From Zootoca vivipara (taxonomy: Eukaryota): 64,000 nucleotides of DNA. Where the stretch lies: positions 79,360,001 to 79,424,000 of the forward strand of contig NC_083279.1 of the NCBI RefSeq assembly GCF_963506605.1, read 5' to 3'. Position 1 is the stretch's first letter, and the number at the start of each line of letters is the position of its first letter. The notes under the pieces are model-generated. The model made no database searches and was not told where the DNA came from. It saw nothing but the letters and a program-made list of their open reading frames with translations. The translations under genes and the position numbers were made by a program. This document shows positions 25,621-38,769 of the stretch, in pieces.

Positions 25621-25850
25621 CAGTGGTACCTCGGGTTACAAACACTTCAGGTTACAAACGCTTCAGGTTACAGACTCCGCCAACCCAGAAATAGTACCTC
25701 GGGTTAAGAACTTTGCTTCAGGATGAGAACAGAGATTGTGCTCCAGTGGCGCGGCGGCAGCAGGAGCCCCCATTAGCTAAAGTTAAGGACAATTTCAGGT
25801 TAAGAACGGACCTCCGGAACAAATTAAGTTCTTAACCAGAGGTACCACTG
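25621..25850. mobile_element. Tc1/mariner (Tigger-like) MITE
   Basis: TA|CAGTGGTACCTCGGGTTA...TAACCAGAGGTACCACTG|TA. Confidence 0.92.
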
Positions 25851-26324
25851 TAAAACAGAACAGCTAGCAGGGCAACACTGGTAAATGTTCCCAGCTAATT
25901 CTACAAATTGCAATATTATTTCTTCATGCTCAAGCTCCCCACATAAGAGGAATTGAGTGATGGGGCAGACAGCTCTCATGTGCTTTTGGGTAGTTCTCTT
26001 GTGAATTCTCAAGTTGATGAACAGGATAAGGACACAGTGGCTCCTTGCCTGTATTTCCACAGATCCTAGATTTTAAATTTTATGTGGCTTTTAGTGTGTG
26101 TGCGTGTATAGTTTTTGTAAACCACTTTGATCTTTTAAAAATGAAATTGCAGTATACAACTAATTAAATAAACAAAATAGAGGCCTGGTGAAATTGGCAG
26201 GTGATGTTCTCTCGCCTTTCTCTTCCTGTCTTCAACCAGTCATAACAACTGGGCCTCTTGGAGAGGGAACTCGACCTCCAGAATACTTCGCACCTCTCCT
26301 GCAGACATCATGAGAGAGACCACT

Positions 26325-26457
26325 TTGTTGTTGTTGTTGTTTAGTTGTTTAGTCGTTTAGTCGTGTCCGACTCTTCGTGACCCCATGGACCATAGCATGC
26401 CAGGCACTCCTGTCTTGCACTGCCTCCCGCAGTTTGGTCAAACTCATGTTTGTGGTT
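26325..26457 (-). mobile_element. Bov-B LINE extreme 3' end
   Basis: Reverse-complement match to 5165-5286, with (TTG)n tail. Confidence 0.9.
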
Positions 26458-26951
26458 TTATTTTTATGTTAGTTGGCTTAAGGCATGATGGTAAATGAAA
26501 GCTTGCTTTGTAGGAATTGTTCAGGAACAGTTTATCCATGTGAAAGTATAACTCCAGCAAACCTGCCAAGGCCAGTTAGACCTTAGGTGATCTCCTGTGC
26601 AATTGTTGGCAGGCTATACAATGTTAGGCTGTTTGGGTCTACTGTAATTCTTGCATCCAATTTATTCAGGATTTCAGAAATCCTGTGAGCAATGTAGCTT
26701 TCTACTTGGGCTCAGTTTCTTTTCCCTGGACTATAGGTACCGTATCAACAACCAAAGCTGTGTGCGTTCCTTATGCTCCATAATATACTACCTTTTCACT
26801 TTATCAGAGGCTGGAGGAATGTGCTGCTGAGAAGACACATTACTGTGTTTAAGACCTTATCTATTGATTTATATTTGGCTTGAATCGATTTGCCTCACTG
26901 AAATAATTAGGATACTACTGTAATTATTTTGCCAGCAGTATTCATTTAGAT

Positions 26952-27081
26952 CAGGGGTGGGAAACTTATGGTTCTTCAGATGTTGTTGGATTTGAGTTCC
27001 CATCAGCCACTGCCATTATGGCAAATGGTCAGAGATTGTAGTCTTAACAACATCTGGAGGGCCACAAATTCCCCATCCCTG
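26952..27081. mobile_element. hAT-type palindromic MITE (family also at 34411-34555, 47905-48035, 48990-49100, 49655-49737, 60481-60610)
   Basis: CAGGGGTGGGAAA..cagatgttgttgga...aacaacatctggagggccaca..CCCCATCCCTG. Confidence 0.8.
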
Positions 27082-27224
27082 GTTGACACGAATTAGGTAT
27101 TAGTTTGGGGGGGAGTGAGGGGTGAGGCAGCCTACATGTTACCACAAAGGCCTCTTCATTTCCAGTGAAGAACAGAAATTCCCAGTATCAGCCTCTGTGA
27201 AAGGTGGGCATGAAGAGTCTTGGG

Positions 27225-27475
27225 CAGGGGTCAGCAAACTTTTTCAGCAGGGGGCTGGTCCACTATCCCTCAGACCTTGTGGGGGGCCAGACTATATTTT
27301 GAAAAAAATATATGAATGAATTCCTATGCCCAACAAATAACCCAGAGATGCATTTTAAATAAAAGGACACATTCTACTCATGTAAAAACATGCTGGTTCC
27401 CGGACTGTACACGGGCTGGATTGAGAAGGCGGTTGGGACGCATCCGGCCCCCGGGCCTTAGTTTAGGGACCCCTG
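27225..27475. mobile_element. hAT MITE with perfect 8-bp TSD (fragment also at 47528-47587)
   Basis: CAGGGGTC..AAACT / AGTTT..GACCCCTG TIRs; TSD gtcttggg at 27217-27224 and 27476-27483. Confidence 0.93.
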
Positions 27476-27568
27476 GTCTTGGGGGTTGGCTAAATGTGGT
27501 GTAGTTAGAACTTTCTCCAGTAGCATAGATATGCCTTGCCTCTACTTGCTATAGAATATGTTCCAAGA

Positions 27569-28158
27569 CAACCAGAAGCACCATAACCAGACACTGGAAA
27601 GACCTGTCAGGAGTAAGCATGGACCAATGGTACCAAACAGTATGGGAAACAGCCTTACTAGAAAAATTAACCAATAAGTTGAAACTGACATGGGGACAAA
27701 TAGAAGAAGACGGCTTCACCCCAGTATGGTTCCCCTTTATCACATACACAGCCCAACAAGACAAAAATCCACCAACAGCATACAAATCAATATGGTTAAC
27801 CTGACCCAAAACACTCACCCACCCCACTCACACACAAAACAAAGACCACCACAGCCAACCACAAAGGAACAACTATATCCTAGGCCAACCCCAACATCTC
27901 TCACCATCAAAGGAACACAAGTGAACAGCAGAGAACCTACACAAGCGATGCTGACAAAAAAACCCCACACTTATTAAGCAAAATAGAAACATTGTCACCG
28001 ACCCCACCCCCACCCCCACCCCACACCCTCCCCCCATTACTTTCCTTCCCCTCTCCTCACCAATGTCTCAACAAATGAAACTGATTTATAAAAATGTTAA
28101 GAGAGACATTGCACCTATCTTTGTAAACAAAGAAAACCTTTAATAAGAAAAAGAAAAA
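27569..28158 (+). mobile_element. 5'-truncated L1-clade LINE with perfect 16-bp TSD
   Basis: ORF2 C-terminus-like TRSTITRHWKD...QWYQTVWETALLEKL...FTPVWFPFITY, stop at 27804, 3'UTR, A-rich tail; TSD agaatatgttccaaga at 27553-27568 and 28159-28174. Confidence 0.88.
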
Positions 28159-29033
28159 AGAATATGTTCCAAGAAGTACCCAACTTGTACATTCCCTCAG
28201 TTATCCCAGGCACAGGTCCACACTGTAAAGCTTTGTGCCTTAGCACACTTTCTTTTAACCCCAGAGCTTTCCCCCCACTAAAAATCCCCTCTTCAAACTG
28301 CAACAAATGGCAGGTCGGGTTCGGGCAGGTTTTCGCAGGGAAATATTCAAAGTGAAATCAGAGTGCTTGGAAATGCAGGCTGTGCTTTGGAAGCTCTAAT
28401 ATTCTAATTCAGGTTTATCCCTATCCAAACAACACCTGCCTTGTAAATCTAAGATCAGATAGACTCAGGGCTAGTCTTCACATACAACAGTTCTAGTAAG
28501 CGATGGATGGGTGATAAGTTAGTTAGAGATTACCACACCTTTATGAGATGAAGAGATGAAGTTCATTACTGATCATTATTTAATAACTGGGAGGGGAGAG
28601 GCCCTACTTACAAATCAGGCCTGCTTTTCAAATCGCCTCAACCCCTGTTTCTCTAAACACGAACATGGCCTCAAGGTGAGGAAGCTTTCTCTCCTCCTAA
28701 CCAAGAAGCTGTGTTCCCACTCCTCCCCTATGAATCCGACTTGTGTCTCAGAAAAATGTCACTGTGTCCCTTGAGTACAGGAAGAGGGGCATTGTTGCTC
28801 TCCCTTAGGATAATCCTGTTGATGCTCATGGCTATCACAACATTGTTCTCAACACTTGACTTTCCTCCATAGGAATAATCAGATACAACCCTTTGTGCTA
28901 ACATAAGATGTACGGTTTTATTTTCCAAAGAAATAACATCTCAAAAAAATAGCTCTTGGCCAAGAGGTGGCCTGCCATTATACCGGTAAGGAAAATGTGT
29001 AGAGACCAGGACTGCAATGCTTACAATTGACTT

Positions 29034-29181
29034 GCTGGTTAGCTCAGCTGGTTAGAGCAATAGTGCTGACAATGCCAAGGTCACGGGTTTGATCCCCATA
29101 TGGGTGCATATTCCTGCATTACAGGGTGTTGGACTAGATGATCCACAGGGTCCCTTCCAACACTATGTTTCTATGATTCTA
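29034..29181 (+). mobile_element. tRNA-Ile-derived SINE with CR1-type tail
   Basis: Head resembles tRNA-Ile(AAT) (ggttagctcag.tggttagagc..gtgct.a.aa.gccaaggtc.cgggtt.gatcccc); tail ttggactagatgatcc..ggtcccttccaac..tctatgattct. Confidence 0.8.
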
Positions 29182-30096
29182 CTGGGACAAAATGCAATGC
29201 TAAACATTGGTGCAGACCCACCTTAGAAACACGAGGAAAAGGGGAATTAGGCCTACAATTGTAAACATACACACTGGATAGTAAGTCCCATTGGACAGAG
29301 TGTGACTTGCTTTTAAATTAAATTTTAAAATAAATAAAAATGATCAACTGCTTATTGGTTAAAAAAATTCTCGAACAAATATGCACAGGATTGTGCTGTA
29401 CATTTTAAAAAAAGCACTGGTACAGACAAACTCTTAAATGCTGTGGTGATGAGGTTTAATTGATCTTAGCAATCTATGTGGTTATCCATACACAAAAATA
29501 TTCTAATCGTTGATTTGTCAGCATGGTGACAAAAGTCCAATTTTGTAAGATTAATCAACCTGTCACACCTACAAGAAACACTCGAATCAGCACACAGTGC
29601 AGTAATAAGAGATCACTTTTCCCTACCTTTTTTGCTTGACTCCACTGAACCGCCACTGCCCAGCTGTGTCAGGCATTTTGTTGAGAACTAAATTGGACCC
29701 TGCTGCCTTTAATAACATTTTAATGGCTCAAGCCGTGTATATCCGGCTCCTTGTAGTGTTTTTAAAAGGTCCCCACCTTGCTTTGAATGAATGCTTCGTC
29801 TTATAAAACAAAAGCTTGTGGGGGTGTGTGTGTGTTTTCAACTCTTTTTTAAAAAGGCTATTGCAGAATTCACACTGGTTTCCCTAAAATAAAAATGAGC
29901 TTCTGGTGTCTTTTCTACACTTCAGACTTCTTTATACTCTGATTCTGGCAATAATTATAAAGAAAATGTAGTAATGTATATCTATTTTAAAAAGAGCACC
30001 AACATTTTGCCTATACTTTCCCATGTGCGGTGCAGTTTTAAAAATACCCAGAGATTCACAGGTCACCTTTTCTCCTTTATCCTATGGGAACTATCA

Positions 30097-30425
30097 TAGG
30101 AACATATAAAGCTGCCTTGTATGGTGACAGACCATTGGTTAAACTAGCTCAGTACTGCCTGCACTGACTGGCAGTTGGCTCTCCAGGATTTGACAGAGTT
30201 CTCTCTCATGCTCACCTGAAGATGCTGGGGAGTGAACCTGGGACCCTCTACATTCAAAGCATAGACGAAGACATAGATTTGTAGAGTTGGAAGCATCATT
30301 AGTCCAACCCCCTGCAGTGCATGAATCTTTGGCCCACTGTGAGGCTCGAATCCATAACCCTGAGATTAAGCGTCTCATGGTCTACCGACTCAACAGATGC
30401 TTTTCAACTGAGCTACAATCCTCCC
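30097..30425 (-). mobile_element. Squam2-like SINE interrupted by a second SINE
   Basis: Host runs 30097-30266 and resumes at 30394 (cagatgct...actgagctac). Confidence 0.75.
30272..30390 (-). mobile_element. tRNA-Lys-derived SINE with CR1-type tail (nested)
   Basis: Reverse complement agtcggtaga.catgagac.cttaatctcagggt..tgg.ttcgagcc.cac..tgggc matches tRNA-Lys(CTT), followed by ctgcagggggttggacta..ttccaactct. Confidence 0.82.
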
Positions 30426-30764
30426 TATGGCCTATACCTCTGCTAAGTAATTTTTTTTACCCATTTTCACTGATCAGAGAAAAGAGAAGAACCCCGAAAA
30501 ATATAGATAACAACTTTGTCATTTGCTGCCCAGTACAGCCTGAAATATCATTCATGTGCAGCAGCAGAAACATGCCAAGCCCATCTGAGAAGTAGGCGTC
30601 CTCCTACATCTCATGTCAGATACAGACAGCACTTTTCACAAGATTTCCTGTCCTTCAGGGCTGTGGTTCAATTAATTACTAAGTTGGGAAGGTATGAACC
30701 ACTTCAGCTCCATAAAGCTATGATTTAAACAAACAAGCACGAAATTTTTTCCCATATGTATATA

Positions 30765-30953
30765 CAGTGGTACCTCGGTTTACAAACAGTCCCGTTTTCG
30801 AACGCCTTCGTTTACTAATGCTGCGGTCCCGGAAGTGTTTACATCCGGGTTCTGCGGCATTGGATGCGCAGACGCGTGCCTTCGGGGAGCGAATGCCTCT
30901 GTTTACGAACACCTCCGTGGAACAGATTGCGTTCGTAAACCGAGGTTCCACTG
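30765..30953. mobile_element. Tigger-like MITE
   Basis: TA|CAGTGGTACCTCGGTTTAC...GTAAACCGAGGTTCCACTG|TA. Confidence 0.92.
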
Positions 30954-31689
30954 TACTATATATGAAGATCGGTTCTTAACATTCCGTCCTACAGCATACA
31001 TTTAAAGCTCATTTTAGGCATATGACTTGCCCCAAAGAATCCTGGGGAACTCTAGTTTACCCCACTATAAGGAGTTAGGTGTCTTCTAGTAGGAAATGTT
31101 GTATGGGCTGACTTGTCCATGTAGAGTTAAAAAAAAAGAAAAAGTGGAGAAAGAATGGTTGGATAATGATAAATTTAGGAAGGAAAGAACAGGAATCCCC
31201 AATCGTTTGGGCCTTGAGTACAGCTAATAAACGCTTGTGGGCACCATAAAGTACCCATTTCACAGAATTAAATCTGGTGATACACACACTCACACTTCTT
31301 GGGCACCTTGTGGGGGACTCCTGCTCTAAGATGTAGGCCCAAGCATGCATGAGAAACATTGTATGAGGGTATCTGATAGGGGATAACTTTTCTTCTATAG
31401 AGAAAGTTTTGATACAGTAGAAAGGACACAGCATGGTATGGACTATTAACAGTTATCAACAGTACATTCAGGTGCAAACCAAATGCAAAACAGCTAATGC
31501 AGACAAATTTTCTATATGTCAGTCACGGAGAGTCCCACCAACAGAGCTGGGGAAGATGTCATGTGAATGAATTGTTTCCAGCTCTTTACCTTTTCTCTTT
31601 GCCCACTTTAATGCTGTGTAATAGTAGTGTGCATAATCACTAGCTGTTCAAATGCTGGCCTCCCCAGTTAATGTTTAATAGATTATTTT

Positions 31690-31799
31690 ATTTTATTTTT
31701 CTGTTGGAAGCTGCCCAGAGTGGCTGGGGAAACCCAGCCAGATGGGTGGGGTATAAATAAAAATTATTATTATTATGATTATTATTATTATTATTATTA
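31690..31799 (+). mobile_element. LINE (L2-like) 3' terminus with (ATT)n tail
   Basis: gaagctgcccagagtggctggggaaacccagccagatgggtggggtataaataaa followed by ATT repeats. Confidence 0.7.
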
Positions 31800-32263
31800 A
31801 AAGGATCTTGCTGTCACAATCTGTACAATGCAACATGCAATGAGAAGCATTGTGGTTTACAAAAACGTAGATAAAGCTAACTCAAATTTTCAGTGTGAAT
31901 CATTGAAATTATGTTGTTTTAGTACTGCTTTGGGTGTTTAGTACAATGTTGACAACATATTTACAGATTTAATGCTGAAAGGCTGTTTGCATTGACATTA
32001 GGGGAACATAAGGAGGTCAGACCAAAGGCCTATCTACTCCAAGATCATCTTGTTCTTGGCCAACCAGTTGCCCATGAGAAGCCTACAAGCAGCACCTATG
32101 TGAAATAAATAGCACTTTACCTACTTGTGATTCCCAGAAACTGGTATTCAGAGGCATATTTCCTCTGACAGTGGAGGGGTATGTGTATATTCATTCAGTG
32201 ATAGAGTAATGGGAAAGAAAAGAAAGTAGAAACAAAGAATTGAAATTGTGATAAAATAGAGTA

Positions 32264-32536
32264 CAGTGGAACCTCGACTTACGAATTTAATCCGTTCCGA
32301 ATGCACACTCGTAGGTCGAAAACTTCGTAAGTCGAGTTTCCCATAGGAAAAGCGGTTTCCCATAGGAATGCATTGGAAACGGAAAAATTTGTAAGTCGAG
32401 GAAACCGCATCTAGCCGCGAACTGGTTTTTCGTTTGGATGTTGAAAAAATTGTAAGCTCACGGCCACTTTTTCTGCTCGTAAGTCGAAAACGTCGGATGT
32501 CGGATGTCGAGTACTTCGTAAGTCGAGGTCCCACTG
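32264..32536. mobile_element. Tigger-like MITE
   Basis: TA|CAGTGGAACCTCGACTTACGAA...TTCGTAAGTCGAGGTCCCACTG|TA; CpG-rich interior suggests a young copy. Confidence 0.93.
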
Positions 32537-33099
32537 TATATGGGTATAATCAGCAGTTTTCTATTAAATGTAAAATTATTAACAAGACATTATACTTTTT
32601 ATAAATAGATTCCAAATATAATTATACTTATCCCTACACAATCTGTGTCTAAAAGCAATCTGTTGTATGTTGCCAGAGTTGTCATGTCTTCTATTCATTA
32701 ATTGAAGGGGAACATGGTATTATCTTTCAATTGAATTAATATCAGTCTTTTAGCAGAAGTAAGGGCACAGAGAGTCTATCGACGTTGAACTGTGGTCAAA
32801 CCCCGTATAGTTGATATATAGTTTAAAACAATGTTATTCTCTGAAAATATTTTATATTTTCCCCCCAAAACAGTATTCATGCATCTTAGTACTTTTCTCC
32901 AAAAAGGTAAAACATAACCATCATGGCTAGTAGTCATTGAATTGTGTCCAAGTGAGGACTTTTAAAGTGTGAATGTATTTAAATTAGGGCTTCAAACCTT
33001 GATTAACAGTACAAGCCTATGCATATTGACGCAGCACTGTGATGAAATGGAGCTTACTCTCAGAAAAGTGTGTTTGAAAAAAAGGAAGTCTCGAGCAGG

Positions 33100-33218
33100 T
33101 TGGGCGCCCTCGCAGGGTGCAGTATGGTTTCCGCGCGGCTTTGCCGCGCAGCGCCCTGCCTACCGGCCCAGCGCCCTGCCACACCGCGCCACCGGGGCTC
33201 TACCTAAAGCCGGCCCTG
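33100..33218. mobile_element. GC-rich MITE end (TIR ...GCCGGCCCTG)
   Basis: Terminus is complementary to the CAGGGCCGG starts at 38989 and 39457. Confidence 0.55.
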
Positions 33219-35245
33219 GATGCCTGAACAACTAAATGATCTTTCTTTGATTGACAGCTTTATTTTTAAATGCTAAAAGATGAAGCTAATAGGTTTGTGT
33301 TAGGGACGTGCAGGAGTTTGACACTGCTTAATGTACAAAAATACTACTCTTCTGCACATGTATACTTCCCGAAAGGTGTTTGCATTAGCCAGAGCTCCCT
33401 TAATGAGTTCCATTGTAGTTAAGAAAGATTGTCTATCACTGACTGATATGCCGCTTACAAGTGAGTATGAGTGTTAATGAAAGGCAGATTGGAACAGATG
33501 GTCTGTGCAATACAAAAAGTGCCACCTTATCTGCACGAAGTTGTTCTTGCTGGCAAGCAGCACCAGTTTAGGGAGGAAAATATGTGCATCATTACCAAGT
33601 ATTACATGCCTCGCTTGATGAGGGTACAGTATTGCCTTGAAAGTTCTGTTTTGACTAGGGAGGAAAAACAATAGCTTCTGCAAATCTTGCAGTGTGACCT
33701 CAAGGTAAGCATAATTTTCCTGGAACTGATGCATAAACAGATTTTCTGCAGTTTTGCATAAGTGGAGTTTCACATTGTATATGATGACCCAAATTCTGCA
33801 GCAGGTATCTTCCATTTTCAGTTTAGCCCCACAGGTTTCTAGAGCTTACTGAAACTATATAGGAATATAGGATACAGGAAACTACATCAATATTGTTCAG
33901 GTATTTGAAGCACTCACTACTTAGAGAAGTAATAAAGAGCAGTGTTAATCATGCTAATTACTACGGTCTCCCAGAAAACTCCAGAATCCAGTCCTTTCTA
34001 GAAGCATGCCAGATATGATTTGTGAGCCCCTTCTCCCAACAGCACACACTTGACAAAAGAGTCATCTTGACTTCTGGAAACTTGTGACCTGCATGGGATT
34101 GCCATCTTTTGTTTACAAAAATATTGGCATCTAACATGGAATGCCTCAGAGCCAGTGTAAAATTCCTTTGCAATAGATAAACAAGCTTTCAGAAAGACAA
34201 AAGTGCCTCTGAGCATGTGCAGATTGCCTTTTATTTGCAAAGACCTGTCAAGAAACTGTAGAAACTGGTGCCTTGTGCTTCAACTGCCAACAGAGAATGG
34301 TAGTAGTGACCCACCAGACACAAAACTGCCTGAGAAGTGGCCTTGGATGACATGGCAAGCAGTACCAGCGAATTTCAGATATAGGAGTGAGATCAAAGAG
34401 TAGTTTGGGTCAGGGTTGGGAAACATATGACCCTCCAGGTATTACTGGACTCCAGCTTGCATCAGTCCCAGCCAACATGGTGAATTGTCATGGATGGTGG
34501 GAGTTGGAGTCCAGCAAACACCTGGGGTGTGTGTGTGACACATTTCCTCACCAGAGTCTAGGAGGGTCTCTGTCCTCTGTCTCTGTGTAATTGAGTTATG
34601 CAGAATCTGCAAGCTTACTCCATGCTGTGATAGAAATAGCAACTGGTCATCTTTCCCAGCATAGAAAAGAGAGTGGATAGAAAAAATGCTTACTTTCTTG
34701 CTGTTTAGAAGCGCCATGACATAAGGTGGTTAATGCTTCCTTGAGTAAATAATTATTAGGCTATTAGTTAAATTGGCCTCAGAGGGCCAAGGGCTACCAA
34801 TGAGAAACCCAATAACATGAAGCATTAGTTCTTTCCATTGAGCCACATTCTAGCTTCCAGAGTAATGGTGCTGTTAATTAAAGGGGAAACGTTTCTATGG
34901 ATTTTAAGGTGCATACTAATGAAGGGTTATAAGAGGGTGCCAACCTTACTAATAGAATACGATGTTTGACAGCAATATGCAATGTTGTGAACTCTATTGA
35001 GAAAACTTTCAGATCTTATTCCTGAGGCTACCGTTGTGACTTTGTGAGAAAACTCTAAGTCCCAAAAAATGTTTGCACACAGCAAAGAAGGAATATTTTT
35101 TTACCTCTAGAATACAGACATACAAACGTTTGCAACATCTACTGAACTTTGCTCATTTGTTGTGACAAGTACTCGTAAACAGTTTATGGTTAAAGTTACT
35201 ACAATACTTCCTTTTCAGTGTTTAGTATTAGGCTGCTATTATATA

Positions 35246-35325
35246 GGGACCCAGGTGGCTCTGTGGGTTAAACCACAGTCAGTCACGACTGGATCTAATG
35301 GTCAGGGGTCCCTTTACCTTTACCT
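35246..35325 (+). mobile_element. Internally deleted Sauria SINE (head fused to tail)
   Basis: gggacccaggtggctctgtgggttaaaccacag joined to cacgactggatctaatggtcaggggtccctttacctttacct. Confidence 0.9.
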
Positions 35326-36346
35326 ATTACTATTATTATCCACCTTTTTCTCAGATGGGACTCAAGGTGGAGATAAAAATAAGAACCGCTAAAAACCTAG
35401 AAAAAAATCATTAAAAACAATTAAGCTAACTACTGTACTGTACATACATATATAAAATCTATTAAAATCTTACTAGTAAAAACAGCTCTGCACCAGAGTA
35501 CTTACACACCATACATTTAAAGCACATTATTTCTCCTCCCCCCCAGAAATGTGGTAGCTGTAGTTTGCTAAAGGTGCTGGGAATTGTACTTTTGAGAAGT
35601 AAATTAGCGTTCCCATGTTCTTTGCATATATGTCTTTTTAAACCAGACAAACCTTTTTTGTTCAAACCAGTGTCCAAGACTTTTTTGGACACACCCCAAC
35701 CTGGGCTAGCTCCCAAAGAGGATTCTGTCTGTACCATGTTTGCAGGTACTTCTGAGAAGAAACATTCTTTTTGTAGGCTGTTATCAGACACTACTTTGTC
35801 CACAGAGAGCCTCAAATTGGTCTCTTGGTGGCATGTAATAGATAGAGAGCCGTTTGTTAAGACAAGGCTCCACAACAGTGGGCCAAAGTCTTGCCTTCCT
35901 CACTCAGTCATCTAAGTAGTGCTATCAGATACCGCAGACTACTCTGTTTATAAAAAGGAAGGCTAGGCTTAGCTCCCCACAACTGCTTGTTGTGATACAG
36001 AATAAGTGACAAGAACATTTGTTGTTATTACAAGTTGTTGCCTTAATTTAAAAAAAATTCCCAGTAAATTTGAGGAGTAGAAGGTTTCATAGTTAAAGCT
36101 ATTCCAATTAGGATTTTAGCCTTCCTTTAAAGTCCTTGGAGGGGCAGTACTTTTCTGCCTTGCCTAAATATTTCTGCAGCATCCCCCAAGTGTTTATCTT
36201 TCATCTGTCTCAGCAGTTAAGTCCCACAGCTGCTAAGATGAGTAGATAAAGGATGTTATTAAAAATGGGAGAGCAGCACATTGCACATAATCAGATGTAT
36301 CTAGGAAAAATGGAAATAGCACATGTAAGCAGTTGCAAGCCAGGTA

Positions 36347-36581
36347 CCGTGTTTCTCATATTATAAGACATGTCTTATATTTATTTTTTCCTCAAAAAAA
36401 CACACTATGGCTTATTTTCAAGGGATGTCTTATTTTTTTCCTCCTCCTCCTGCCGTGGCCAGCATTGCTGCTGCGCCTATCACTATGTCTTATTTTCGGG
36501 GTATGGCTTATATTCCTTGAATGCTTAAAAATCCTGCTATGGCTTATTTTATGGGTATGTCTTAAAATATGAGAAACAGGG
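36347..36581. mobile_element. Tc1/mariner (pogo-like) MITE
   Basis: TA|CCGTGTTTCTCATATTATAAGACAT...ATGTCTTAAAATATGAGAAACAGGG|TA. Confidence 0.9.
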
Positions 36582-37739
36582 TAGAGAGGAGCAAACAGGT
36601 GCTGGAATATTGGAGAACAAGGATTGTCAGGTCCCATTCCTTTTGTAAGTATTAATTTGTCAAAACCATGAGCCGTAACAGGTCCAAACCTATAAGAAGA
36701 AACTTCATTTACGATTCCCTAGACATGCTACCATTCCATAAACCATACTATCATGTACCACAAGAAAACCAAAGTCTCTGATTCTGTTAGGAAGTAAGTG
36801 TTCTAATATTGAGAACTGAAACTGTAGGAAAGGTGTATTGTTGAAATAAAAAGACCATATAAAATCATTGCCCTCAAAGAAGACTTGTTTGTCAGGGTGA
36901 ACGATGCAGATACCATATAGGAGCACAAGAAGACCCTGCTGCGTCAGGTCCCATCTAATTCAGCATCTGAGCATAACAGCACTTTCCCGCCCTGGGGTTT
37001 TCAGGAACCGATATTCAGAAGTGTATTGGCTTTGTGTGTGGAAGTAGAACATAGTGTCATGAGTTTGTGGATGCTAGACACCCTAAATTCCTGGATTCAG
37101 TAAATGTTACTATTTAATCAATGCTTGGAGTGTTATCTTGATGCCATTTCATTATCTAATGAAATCCTAAGAAAGGCTACTTCTCCACTTAGAAGTTAAA
37201 CTTCAATATTTATTTCTTCATCAAATGAATGAGTTTGTGGTACCGATTCCCATCTGCTTTAGGAAATATATTGCATTGTTTCACCTTCTTAAACTGCATG
37301 TCTCAGAGAGAAGTCAACCCTTTGTAGAGGAAACCAACCACTTCGACATCCGAGTTGGCCTTTGGCATTCTGGCTCCTTGGTCTGTTAATGGTAGAATTT
37401 GTACAGTACTTTCTTCCCACTGTAGATAGAAGACAACCTAGCAAAGCAACAGCAACAAAATCTCTAGTGGTCTCATGCTAAAACATTCTCCCCAGTTAGA
37501 ATCTTCACTAGGGTGAATGTCTCCTCAGTTTGTTTGGGTACTACTGTTTACCCCATCATCACTTAAGAGACTGGTTTGCCCATTCAAACTGGTCTAGTAG
37601 TTGTGTGGTCGTAATTCTCAGGTGTCTGGAGTTCTTTTGGAAGGGTTAACTGAAAATGGACCCAGCTAGAATATTTTGTAATTCCTATCCAACTAAGCAA
37701 TTTTACCTGCTCATTCACACTCCTGCAGCGACAATGCCA

Positions 37740-37915
37740 GAGCGCAAGTGGAGAAGGTCCAAGGTTCAATCTCTCGTATTTCCAGATAAAAGGATATGGT
37801 AGCAAGTTGTGGGAAATACTTTTCTGCCTAAGATCCTAGAAAGCCATTCCCAGTCTGAGTAGGCTTTACTGGGCTAGGTGGACAAGTTGTCTAGAAGGCA
37901 GCTTCTAATATTCTC
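37740..37915 (+). mobile_element. Degenerate Squam2-like SINE
   Basis: gaaggtccaaggttcaatc..., gccattcccagtctgagtag..tactgggctag.tggac..aaggcagctt. Confidence 0.55.
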
Positions 37916-38769
37916 TATGTAGCTCTTCATAATTAGTATATAATCCCATCCCTGCCTGAGCCACTCACTCACAACTTGCATAATATTTAACTAGGCATCT
38001 GGAGGCAACAAATCCCTTTAATTAAATGAATTGGTTGGTTCACCCCCTCCTTTCCTGTGGATTTAATTTAATGTGTACAACAATGTGTTCTGCCCTCTTG
38101 TATGTGATACTAGCGTAAAAATAATAATTTATGAAATAGAATCCTAAATTATGCTGTCCTTCGCCTTTCTTTGTTTTGGATGTCGCGATTTTGTAAGTAT
38201 ATATTTAACTTGGTGATCTAATACACCGGTTTGAACTAATGTGTTACGCATTAACTCAGGCTTCACCTCTACGCAGGGCTACTGCTAGAAACGACAGGCT
38301 CTCGACTCCTGTGTCCTCATCACCTTGTAAGTTTCAGCCAGTGAATACCCAGGCAACGGTGGGCATTTAATGATCAGAAGACAAACAAAACAAAATTTGT
38401 GCTCCCAGTGGAGAAGGGTTCGTTTTGCAGCTGTGAGATACTTCCATGTCCTGAGGAAATCAGTACTTTCACTCCAATGCTGTCTTGAAGATATAAAAAA
38501 TGTTATGTAAAGCATAACTTAATGACTTTCAGAGCTTTACTATTTTCTTCTCAGTCGTTCTGTTTTAATTTCTTTCTTTCTTTCTTTTTACTTTTTCTAG
38601 CAGTGTGTGGTTTGGGTTTTGGGTTTTGTTTTTTAGCTATGTATGTGCCAAAGTTCTGCTTTCGGAGGGGGGACGTGCTTTGGAGTTCCCATTCTTGCCC
38701 CTGTTTCTAGGGAGAGGGTTGCAAATATCTCCCTTTCAGGCTTTCCTGGCAATAGGCGTCTCTTGGGCT

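Noticed and set aside
29034-29105. Possible tRNA-Ile gene (also the tRNA-Lys-like sequence at 30330-30390)
   Set aside because: Degenerate stems and anticodon, fused to a LINE-derived tail; these are SINE heads, not tRNA genes.
33650-33710. Donor AAG|gtaagc at 33704/5
   Set aside because: No ATG in the compatible frame after the stop at 33652 and no convincing acceptor.
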